From positions 8,186,001-8,250,000 of the forward strand of contig NC_087250.1 of assembly GCF_037042905.1 (NCBI RefSeq): DNA of 64,000 nt, in the 5' to 3' direction. Each line of letters starts with the position of its first letter. Positions within the stretch are counted from its first letter, which is position 1. Below are positions 1 through 9,615 of the stretch, piece after piece. Under the pieces are notes generated by a model. That model ran no database searches, was not told the origin of the DNA, and saw only the letters and a list, made by a program, of their open reading frames with translations. A program made the translations under genes and the position numbers. This stretch comes from Lytechinus pictus (lineage: Eukaryota).

Positions 1-29
1 TAGTGGTGGGCTTTGCTTTCTGTACAGAT
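1..29 (-). CDS. PRDM9: PRDM9 next SET exon (start only)
   Basis: tttgtag acceptor then ICTESKAHH(Y), phase 0, runs off the window. Confidence 0.75.
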
Positions 30-2268
30 CTACAAAGTAGAAAATTGAAATAGACATTGTAATTGAAACTACCATAGCAACTGAAATAGAGCTTGAACAA
101 GAAGTTGGGAATGAAAATTGATTTGCAATCGATAGGTAGTCATACTGGCATTTAAACTGTATCTTGAAATTCATATAAGAACAGGAAAGCTTAGGAGAGT
201 CATCAATTTTTATTCATGGTTTTGTGATAAATAAAAATGTTATGTGGGGAAAATTAAGGTCACATTTAGCTATCTTATTAAAGGGATCATTGCCTTCTGG
301 GAGCAGCTGATTGAAAAACTCTGAAACTAAAAATGAACCATGCGTATGAGTGATTTTTTTAATGAGAACAAAGGGAAACAATGACTTCAAAACTACCACT
401 GTTTAAGTAACATCAGTGTTTAGAATCTGGACTGTTTGACCTGGGGCCTATTACATAAAACTAGTTATGATAAAAAACTTATTTCATAAAACAAAAACTT
501 GCAATAACAGTTATGAAGCTACTGAAATAAAATGTGATTGGCTGAAGACTTGTTATTTTATGGGACCTAGAAGTTTAGAATCAGGAATTTGATTTAAGAC
601 CAATAAAATCTAGAACAATTTCTAATAGCTTCATGTCAAGTATTGCCTCAGGCATGTTTCTTGACAGAGAAAAAGATCAAAGATAAAATCAATCGTACCT
701 CCCAGGCATAACCGCTATCATATCCTGTTTCTAGGTCCACAATGTCACCTTCATAAGGGCCAAACCGATATCCTTTAGGAATGAACTTGGTCGCAAAGAC
801 TCCCTGACCAGCCCCCGGTATCGATGACTGCTTGACCAGTAGACCATCTGGTAGAGTCTTCATTGCTCTGTCCTTACAGCCTTTAGGGATGGGGTTGTCC
901 TTGATGATGGTGAGGGGATGTTTGGAACACTCACCCTCAAAGACCTCATGACAGTCCTCACAATCTAAAAGAGATTATGTTAGGTATTGAATGATAACAT
1001 TGCAAATAATATCTACTACTGCACGTGTCTCTTTCACTTCTTATCCTACTATTTACTAAAACAATGCTTTCCCTTCTCCTTGTCATTATCTTCTCTGATT
1101 TCTTTTTAGTATCGTCCTTCCTCATTCTTATTCTAAATCTTCTTCTCTTGCTTGTATTCTTTTCTTTATTGTCATGACCCAATCTTCCTTTACTTCTTCT
1201 TCCTCTCTCTCTGTTAAAATCAGAGCAATATATGCTGTACAAAAACAAAGAGTTTCACAAGTGAGAACATCAAAACAAACGGTACAGAATTATCACTCTA
1301 TTCAGAGTCATTGATATACTAGTGATAGCCCATGTAGATTTGTACTTAATTTGTAGGAAAATAGGGGTGTAATCAATTATGGTAATATATCTCCATTATA
1401 TGTTTACTTACAGATGTAATGATCATCATCAGGAACATCGTCTTCTTTGTAGCACTTCCTGGTCACGGATCTTCGAGGATACCTAGATTGTCTAGGCGAT
1501 GGTTGAAATTTTGCTCTTCTCCTTTCTGAAACCAAAGAGCAAAAAATTGATATGGATGTTCTTATCTCATATAAAGTTAATGATTTGCTATAAAAGTTTT
1601 CATCAAATAGTTTCACAGGCTTTAATTAAAATAGAAAGTTGCCTTCAAAAAAATCTATCTTCCTCTTGATGAAGTAAAATTATAATTAGATGCGGTACCT
1701 CAAACACAAAAGTTACATTTTATCTGATAATCAGAATCTAACTTTCAAATCTTAGACTGACAAATCTGGAAGGTTTCCTGAAACTTTGTCTTTTCAATAA
1801 TTGATTGCATTTTGAAAAGATAAACTATTAGTATTTGAATGTACATTCAGCTACTTGATAGGCAAAAATGTCAGTCACATGTGATGTGGGAATTAAGTGA
1901 GAGAAATTAAAAGCTGAGTCCACTCACACAAAGGTTAGCGATTGATCGCTAATTTCAGAGAACAATCTGATTGGTTCATGGTAAGTCTACTTAGCAAAAT
2001 GCACATGCAACGAGGATCTTGATTTGTCCTTTTATTTAGCAATTAATTTCTAACCTTTGTGTAATTGCGCCCTGGTGGTGATATTCAAGCAACCAGATTA
2101 ATCTCTTTACAGAATGGGGTACCTCAATTTTTGACATCAAGGTTTTGCGCTGGTTTGGGTCACAATTTTATTCAGAGTAATGATGATAATAATAACAATA
2201 ACAACAATAATAATAATATTACACTACTACAACTGCTGCTGCTACTACTACTACTATTACTACTACTT

Positions 2269-2305
<37 letters not shown>

Positions 2306-5300
2306 TACTAATATTTATAAAGCACTTTTTCCAGAGGGTATAAAGGGCCAGCTTTCATTTTACAATGAAAATACATTCATTGAAGAAAACTTATTGTCAG
2401 GATTCCTACCTAGCTGAGATCTTAGAAAATGGCAGAAAATTACTGTATTAGATAAAAACATTAAATGAAGTACTTATGAGATATTCCATCGACATATTTA
2501 GACTATGTTAATTTCACCTGAGAGAGACTTGGCCTTTCCACCTGCTTTCCCTCCAACTTTCATGCAGAATGATTGGGATTGCTTGGAAGTCCGCTCCCTT
2601 CCTGGAGATGCTTCTGTCAAGGTTTGCTCAGTCTTGTGATCACATGACTGAGTGTTGAGATCACCTGACTGATCCCCCTGATCACCTGATGATGCTGGAT
2701 TGGTTTGTGCCTGGGTAGCTTCATCATAGTCCTTCCACTCAAGAAGATCGATGATCCGCTCTCCCCCGATGTGATTGGAATCATCCAAGGGATTGCCATC
2801 ATCATCATACACGGTACCTGACGTTACAGTGTGCTAGAACAGCAATCCAATGTCAAACAGTTTTAGCATTTGTTTGAAAATACTTCACAATTACATATTG
2901 AACAGAAAAGATCCAGAGAAAAGGAAGCCACAACAAAAAGCTAAGATTCATTTAATCTATCACTCACTCTAAAGCACACAACACAAATAATGTGCTAGAA
3001 ATTGAATGTCCAAAAATATTAACTTTTGTTTGTGGCAATGTTTAACAATAAAATATTGATCAACATTTTCCAAAAAAAAAACCTCCACAACCAAAACATG
3101 ATATTTGTTTTTAACTTTAGTTAGACCAACAGCTTCTCACTTTAACAGTACTCTAAGGCACACAAAACAGATGATGTGCAGATAATGATTGCATTATTCT
3201 TCAAATATACACATCTAACATCTAATGGAAGAGGTAGCGTACTATTGCATAAAGTTGTGCAATTAAAGCAATCAAATAGTGCTTTTGTTTGGGCTTATAT
3301 TTGTTTCACTGATTAAGCAGGACACTTTGAGAGAATTGGTTTTCGTAACTTTGAAAGCATGCAGCATCCCATTTTTCTTTTTCAAAATTGATATATTGCT
3401 TTACTTGTATTTTGCTTTTATCTTACATACTTATTTTGTGTTTTGATGTTGTTTTATTTGTTTTTTTTTGTTAGAACTCACTGGTTTTGTACACTCTTGA
3501 GATGATTTTTTCTTCTTTGTATGAACTGGTTTGGTTACCTTCTGCTGAACCTTGAACGGTGCATGAAAAGATCCTGTGGGAATGTATGCATAATAATAAG
3601 ATCGCACCACCATCTTATAATATAATGATCATCATTTATTGTTGGGCATTAGAAAATTACCCATACTTCTTACCTACCTTTGACATGTATAAAACATGTC
3701 AAACAAATGCCCTTTTTTCTAGTTCACATGAACAATTGTAATGCTCTAAAATCAACAGGGATTGAGCCTTGAGCAATTAAAAAACTAAAGCAAAAACAGG
3801 GGGATGGGGTCTGATGAGCAGGAAGGTTGGTGATCTTACAGAATACCCCATCCAACAATAATAATAATATTCCGCATTTATATAGCACTTAACACATCAG
3901 AATGACGTCTCTAAGCACTTTACAGATATATTATTTCCCCGGTCATCGGATCATTGCACTTCCGCATACAATGTATGCACCTTCTCCACTCCCTGGGGAG
4001 CATTCCAACAAGAGTTCCAAGACTCAATTGCTAGGCATACTACATAGGCTTTCCCATCCTACCGGGTACCCATTTAACACCTGGGTGGAGAGTGGCAAAT
4101 CGCGGATTGACGTCTTGCCAAAGGACACTAGGCCATGGTGGGATTCGAACACACGACCCTCTGATTACAGAACCGCTACACCATGGTGCTTCTAATTAAT
4201 CCTGGTCCTTACCTCTTGATTTCTTTTTAGCTCTCTTAGGTTTCCATTCCTCATCCTCACTGTCACTCTCCTCAACAATCTGTTTCTTTCTTCCTCGCCG
4301 AGGTCGCATGAACTCCGGAGGACCAACCTGTAATCCTGCATTGAAATAATAAGTCATATCTTAGTCTAATTAATCAAACATATACTCTTGCATAAAAATA
4401 CCACCAAAATTAGATGGAATTTATTTATTTCGTATCATTTCTACAGGGTAACCCCATCCGTATTCATACTGATGTACTTGGGGGCCCTGTATGACATAAG
4501 ACAAAGCAAAAAACAAGCATATACTAGTATACAATACAAATTGAAAATACAAATCCTGATTATAAAATGATATGCGACATTGAATCAGTCAAATTTAACT
4601 GTCTACTAATTACCGGTACACAAATTTTAATTTTTTTTAATATAAAAAAAGCTTTGTGTATTGATACGTGGTGAGAAAAAAAGGCGCCTGAATGTTACAC
4701 AACCTGCTTGTAAATTTTCAACTAATATTAAACCATCAATTTTAACATTATCTCATGTGAGGGTACTAGGCTAGTAGAAGTTCACAACAACAACAACAAC
4801 CAGTAATGGCACGTCTTAATATGTCACATGACATGGTCCCTACTTATTCTTTTATTTAGTTTCAAAATATGGTTTAACATTATCTAAATCATTTGAGCTA
4901 TCGAATGAAAGCCTCAGTCTCTGTTTCACTGGTTGTCTCACTAGACTCGCTTTTGCTTCACAGTTCACTACACTAAAATAACGGAGAGAATTCAGTTGTC
5001 TATGACAAATATAGATTTCATTCTTGCATAGTTGAACCATTCTGTTATTTATTGTTTTAAAGATTTCTTGTGTTTATGGTCCAGAACAAGTTTTACAAGG
5101 TAGATAATGACTATGAAACCTTATATATTTTAATGTAGATCTGCAATAACAAAACATATTTTTGACCACCCCAATAAAAAAAACAAAGCAAGCTGTTTTT
5201 GCAGGTTGAGATCTAGCTTAGATATGGAAATACTGTAAAATTTACCATTACTTAGGTCTGAAACAGACTGATAGTAAGCACTTTTATAATTATTACTAGA

Positions 5301-7558
5301 AGTTACTGTGAAAATCAAATGTCGATGTACACGTACCGTATGTACTTAGCCATATACTACAAACACCAATACATAATTTTCTATAAGTTTTCAAAAGATA
5401 TCCAGAAAGTTTGATTTCACCATGTCTAAGGCTTACACTGCACACAGTTCACTCTTATAATTCCCTAGGCATGTCAAGCAATATTGCACTTCTATTCAAA
5501 TATTTTCCACACTTTTTAATACAGAACTTTTAGATCAATTTTCTAGAACAAAATCTACATTCGCTGTCCACTGCGATCTGCAGTAGATCAAGAACGACTG
5601 AAATTTGTTAAGGATTCCTTTTGTAAAAAAAAAAGAAAGAAACCAAATTACTTTACTCTATAATGATAAATAAAGCTTCAAAATCAATGAATTTTTTTCA
5701 ATAAATCACAATTTTTTCTTCAAATATTTTGGATCCATAAGAATCAAATTTGTATTTTTACATGAAGTCAACTGTGATCTGCAGTAGATTGAGAACTACT
5801 ATTTCTTTTTAAACTTGGGATTCCTTTGGGAAAAAAATCGTCCCTTCTCTGTTAATCTAGCTTCAAAATCTATTTAATAATATTAAATCATGACATCTTT
5901 TCTTTGTAAGGTTTACATGTACATGTAGATCCATATTTGGCATAAGAATAAAAAACTACTTTGCAGTCAATCGTGTTCTAATGTAGTTCAAGAACTCTTG
6001 AATTTTGTTTATTCCTCTGGTCAGAATACTTTTTTAATGCCTCAAGGCCTATAAATAATCTAGCTTTTATATCAGAGAAGATAATGTAGCCCAATACTGA
6101 CAGTTATACAGATCCACAGTAGATCTAGATAGAAAAGTATTGCAAAACTCTTAAACTTATCTTAAATTTCATCTAAGTTTTTCATTCATATAGAAATTCT
6201 AACAGGCATTCTAATCAAAGCAAAATCTGACAAAGTATTTTTTCAAAATCTTTCAAATTTCAAAGAAGAGAAATTGACAAATGCGCAAATCCAGAGAAGA
6301 TATGAACACACTGCAAAATTTTTTAATCAGCTTCCCTGAGCTCATGATTAAAAATATAAACAGTTGAAACTACGTTTGAAGCAGATGAATCTAAGATTTT
6401 TTAAATGGGGAGGGCCATGATCTATTTCAAATGATTTTTTTCTTTAATGAGCTTCTTTTTGCATTTTGCGAGTATGAATCATAAGTAAATTGCCAATTCG
6501 TCCACTGCCAACTCGTCCAGTCATCGCATGGTCTGCCTTCTTAGTCAAATGCCCTTTCATCCATCAAAATTTCGTCTAGCAACCATTTTGTCCAATAACC
6601 ATTTGGTCCAATCATCACTTCGTCTAATCACCATTTCGTCTATAGATAACCATATTTCGTCTAATAACCAGTTGGTAATACCCGCTTTCCTTTCATTCAT
6701 TTTCACAACACTTTAGTTTAATTAGACTAAATGGTATATGGACTAAATGGCTATTGGACCAACTGGATATTAGACGGAATTGCATTAGACTACCGTAAAT
6801 GAAAGTAGACCATGTGGTGAGTAGACGAACTGATAGACCAAATGGTAGAAGACGAGTTGGCAATTGGACGAATTGGCATAAGACGAATTGGAAATAAACC
6901 GAATAATAAACCAATGAACCCCAAATAAGTGATATTTTGAATTACACTCTAGAAAATGTGAAATACAAAAAAAATGTCTTTGTTGAAAGTAACGTCATCG
7001 TGGCTGAAGATTAACAGGAACAATTAATTCTCTTTCATTAGTTCATCACTATCCCCATTTCCAAAGTTCTGGGAAATTTTGACTGAATTTCAAAGGAAAT
7101 AATTCTGCTTTGGGAACGCTTGGCCCCCGTCTTAAGAGTTACGATTGATCTGATCAATTCAACCTCAACTATGGAAAGCCAGCAACATCCACATCTAAAA
7201 TGTATGTTTGTTAAAAACGTTATCTATTGTACATTATGAAGTATACTCATCAAAATATTGTTTTCTTGACAATTTGGTGCATTCAACTTTGTTTACAAAG
7301 GACATTTTGCAAATTTCCTGTAGAAAAAATTATGACACTGATGGACTTCCATAGAGTTACGATTGATTGGATGAATCGCAACTCTTTGTAAGACGGGGCC
7401 CTGGCCTACAACATGTACATACCAACTTCAATCATCATCTCGTAGTTCTCTTTGATGTTCTTGAGACGAAGCTTCTCATAGTCACTGGTCTCTGCCCATT
7501 CTTTGGCTGTGAAGAAAGCCTGAACAGCCGAGTAATCATCCGTTGCTGGGAGAGGCAT
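1..7558 (-). CDS. PRDM9: PRDM9 (Meisetz) ortholog, multi-exon, 3'-truncated by window edge: aKRAB - linker - SSXRD - zinc knuckle - PR/SET
   Basis: Exons 7558-7423, 4335-4213, 3573-3482, 2833-2518, 1525-1412, 964-699 and 29-1 join in frame with GT-AG junctions (phases 1,1,0,1,1,0). Translation shows KRAB-like FTAKEWAETSDYEKLRLKNIKENYEMMIEVG, PEFM..SDSEDEEWKP, SSXRD-like RYPRRSVTRKCYKEDDVPDDDHYI, knuckle CEDCHEVFEGECSKH and SET-N SIPGAGQGVF..FGPYEG..SGYAWE, collinear with vertebrate PRDM9. Confidence 0.92.
699..964 (-). CDS. PRDM9: PRDM9 zinc knuckle + N-terminal PR/SET exon
   Basis: ttttag acceptor, YCEDCHEVFEGECSKHPLTIIKD...TLPDGLLVKQSSIPGAGQGVFATKFIPKGYRFGPYEG...SGYAWE, donor GAG|gtacga. 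Confidence 0.93.
1412..1525 (-). CDS. PRDM9: PRDM9 SSXRD exon
   Basis: tttcag acceptor, ERRRAKFQPSPRQSRYPRRSVTRKCYKEDDVPDDDHYI, donor T|gtaagt. Confidence 0.88.
2186..2345 (-). repeat. (AAT/AAC)n-(CTA)n microsatellite expanded from an L2/SINE-type 3' tail
   Basis: Trinucleotide run adjoining atttataaagcactttt, similar to the tails at 3856 and 53702. Confidence 0.7.
2518..2833 (-). CDS. PRDM9: PRDM9 linker exon (low complexity, ~105 aa)
   Basis: gttctag acceptor, HTVTSGTVYDDDGNPLDD...KAKSLS, donor G|gtgaaa; phase 0 to 1; more GC-rich than flanking introns. Confidence 0.72.
3482..3573 (-). CDS. PRDM9: PRDM9 linker exon (basic)
   Basis: ccacag acceptor, GSFHAPFKVQQKVTKPVHTKKKKSSQECTKP, donor CCA|gtgagt; phase 1 to 0. 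Confidence 0.7.
3856..4191 (-). mobile_element. tRNA-derived SINE with conserved central core and L2-like 3' tail
   Basis: On minus: A-box TGGTGTAGCGG, B-box GTTCGAATCC, core CCACCCAGGTGTTAAATGGGTACC, tail AAGTGCTATATAAATG(TTA)n. Confidence 0.8.
4213..4335 (-). CDS. PRDM9: PRDM9 exon: KRAB C-terminal part and acidic EEWxP motif
   Basis: tgcag|GA..., LQVGPPEFMRPRRGRKKQIVEESDSEDEEWKPKRAKKKSR, donor G|gtaagg. Confidence 0.88.
6484..6900. repeat. Foldback MITE-like element built from short cgtcca/cgtcta repeats
   Basis: Left ccaattcgtcc/aactcgtcc mirrored by right gacgagttgg/gacgaattgg. Confidence 0.55.
7122..7401. mobile_element. Harbinger-like MITE (GGCCCC...GGGGCC ends); second copy at 57170-57923
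   Basis: TIR ggcccccgtcttaagagttacgattg / aactctttgtaagacggggcc; internal sequence shared with the 57170 copy. Confidence 0.65.
7423..7558 (-). CDS. PRDM9: PRDM9 first coding exon (ancestral KRAB-A-like domain); exon acceptor at 7600
   Basis: ttatccacag acceptor, ATG at 7558, MPLPATDDYSAVQAFFTAKEWAETSDYEKLRLKNIKENYEMMIEVG, donor G|gtatgt; missed by the ORF track. Confidence 0.9.
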
Positions 7559-8976
7559 GATGACTGAATGGTCTAGATCAATATCAAGCCCAAAGATTTC
7601 CTGTGGATAAAAAAAAGATAGATCTAGCCATTTTAGGGCACAGATACAAATTGATGATGAAGATTTTGACTACCGGTACTGTATTTATAGGTACACTGAT
7701 AGGGATACTAGATCTAGAGGAGTAGGTACATGTATTACAGATTTACAGCCTGATTGATTGAAGATTCAAGAAAAAGACAATAACAGAAATAGATCTAGGT
7801 CTAAATAGGGTTTAGAACTTAGATTCTCAAGGGTCTAGTCTAAGTTACATGTAGATCTAAGCTGGTCAAATATCTAGACCTAGATTCTAAATCTGCTCCT
7901 GTGAGCAGCCACCCCCATGCAACTTTTTCTGTAGTCCTAAAATCTAGTGGTCTAGATCTAGATAATAATTTCTACAGCAAAATATGAACCATTGACTTCT
8001 TTCTCATAAATAAAAATCATATTAGATCCGTTGCTATAAAATTGAACACATAAAGCTTCTGTAAATAGCTTTAAAAAAAGTAAGATCTAGGATCGAAGTT
8101 AGATCTAACTTTTAGACCTAAGTAAACGTATAGTATAGTCTATATAGATCTACTAGTTAGTATCTAGACCTATTTCTTAACTCAGATTAGAAGTTAAGAA
8201 ACTGCCATTTTCCGTCCTTGACTAGCATACCATCTGACCAGGGAAGTCTGATCTGACCAAAGCCTAGGCCTAGATATTATTATAATGCATGGTACCGATT
8301 TCTAAATGTCGAGCGAAACCGTAGACTTTTTAGTACTGGACTTCTGCATTCACCGAGTAGACTCTAGAGACTAGATCCAGACTCTAGATCCAAGTCCAAC
8401 TAAGTTAATTTCTGAAGGGATATAGGCCTACTCATTATCATAGTCATATAGGGCCTAGATCTAAAAATATTTTTTGAACAGTCTAGATTCTAGATCTAAC
8501 TAACGTTAGGGCCTAGATATAAGTAACAGTAACACCAGTTAGACTCCTCTAACTAGGGTTAAGGCATAGGCTAAGGTTTGCAAAACTATTGGCTAGTTAT
8601 TGGGTTTTTATTCACCACAGGCCGCACACGGGGGGGGGGGGGGTGCTGCACACTACTCCGTTTACTAGATCTAGAAGTCTAGAGACTAGACTCTAACTAA
8701 GACTTAGGCCTAACGTAAGGCTAACATAGTATTAGTATAATAGTAACACTAAAGTAACACCGTACAGTTAGGCCAGATCCTCTCTTACGTTAGATCTAAC
8801 ATTAGGGAGTTCGTTGCCCCGGGAACCTCGACACGACGTCTTTAGACAGTGTCGAGGTCCTGAACGCTCCCACTCGTTCTCACCGGAGTGCACTGATGCA
8901 CTAGATTAATCGCTAGATTACAAAAACATGGATGATAAAACGAAACCAAAAATACGACAGTTAGGACTGACCTTAC

Positions 8977-9085
8977 CTAAACAAACTGAGTTCAAGATAC
9001 GTTCTCCTTAAAATTACGAAAATTCGATGGAATCGTACAATAGAGGATCAATTTTCGGATTTCGTACGAATCGCCATGTTGAATT
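8977..9085 (-). other. Probable non-coding first exon (5'UTR) of PRDM9
   Basis: Strong donor TAG|gtaagg at 8977/8976; CpG-retaining sequence; YY1-like CAACATGGCG near its 5' end. Confidence 0.55.
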
Positions 9086-9459
9086 AAATGAAAAACATGT
9101 ATGCGCATGCGCAACATGAATATTTATAAGATGTCGTCACTGTTAAGGTTAATGAATATGCATTACAAGAAGAGATAAGAAAACTTCGGTCGAATCACGA
9201 ACTTGCTTTTCAAATAAATCGCGATTTAGGTATTTCAGTAATGGATATCAATCTTGCTTGCATTTAACATAGAAAAAAAAACATTATTTAAAGACGAATT
9301 CATTTCATTAAAATTATATTTATCTCAATCTGTATATTATGAACAAACATGACTGCGTTTACAAAATACTTTTTTTTTTAAATTAGAGATGTAATAAGTT
9401 AGAATCAAGGTCAATATTGAGTCGACATTGACGTCAGAAACGTAGTTCGCGTTGCAAAT
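9070..9459. promoter_or_regulatory. Putative bidirectional promoter between PRDM9 and RecQ-like exon
   Basis: YY1-like cgccatgttg 9072-9081, perfect NRF1-type palindrome TGCGCATGCGCA 9102-9113, CRE TGACGTCA 9429-9436, divergent first exons. Confidence 0.55.
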
Positions 9460-9615
9460 ATGGAGGAACTTGAAGAAGAATTTGCAATAAAATTAAAGGT
9501 GCCTCAAAAACAGGCCCTGGAAGAGGCCCAGAGAGGAAATGACAGTCTCGTGATTCTCCCAACGGGTTACGGAAAGAGCACGTGCTTTGCCCTCCATCAC
9601 AAACTAATGGAGAAA
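9460..9615 (+). pseudogene. RecQ-family (SF2) helicase N-terminal exon / gene fragment
   Basis: MEELEEEFAIKLKVPQKQALEEAQRGNDSLVILPTGYGKSTCFALHHKLMEK: motif 0-like Q and Walker A LPTGYGKS; putative donor AAA|gtaata; I found no downstream exons. Confidence 0.65.

Noticed and set aside
2065..2343. poly-N/poly-L ORF; likewise YI-repeat ORFs at 22514-22770 and K/F-rich ORFs at 11395-11642
   Set aside because: Translations of microsatellite or low-complexity DNA.
3431..3481. Extension of the PRDM9 exon to the TAA at 3431 (premature stop)
   Set aside because: A consensus gtgagt donor at 3481 gives the phase needed for the next exon.
4130..4191. tRNA gene (also 56043-56110)
   Set aside because: A/B boxes are present but the cloverleaf is incomplete and continues into a SINE body and tail.
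9143..9170. TTAA|GG as a Kolobok left end enclosing the RecQ exon
   Set aside because: I found no matching inverted right end downstream.
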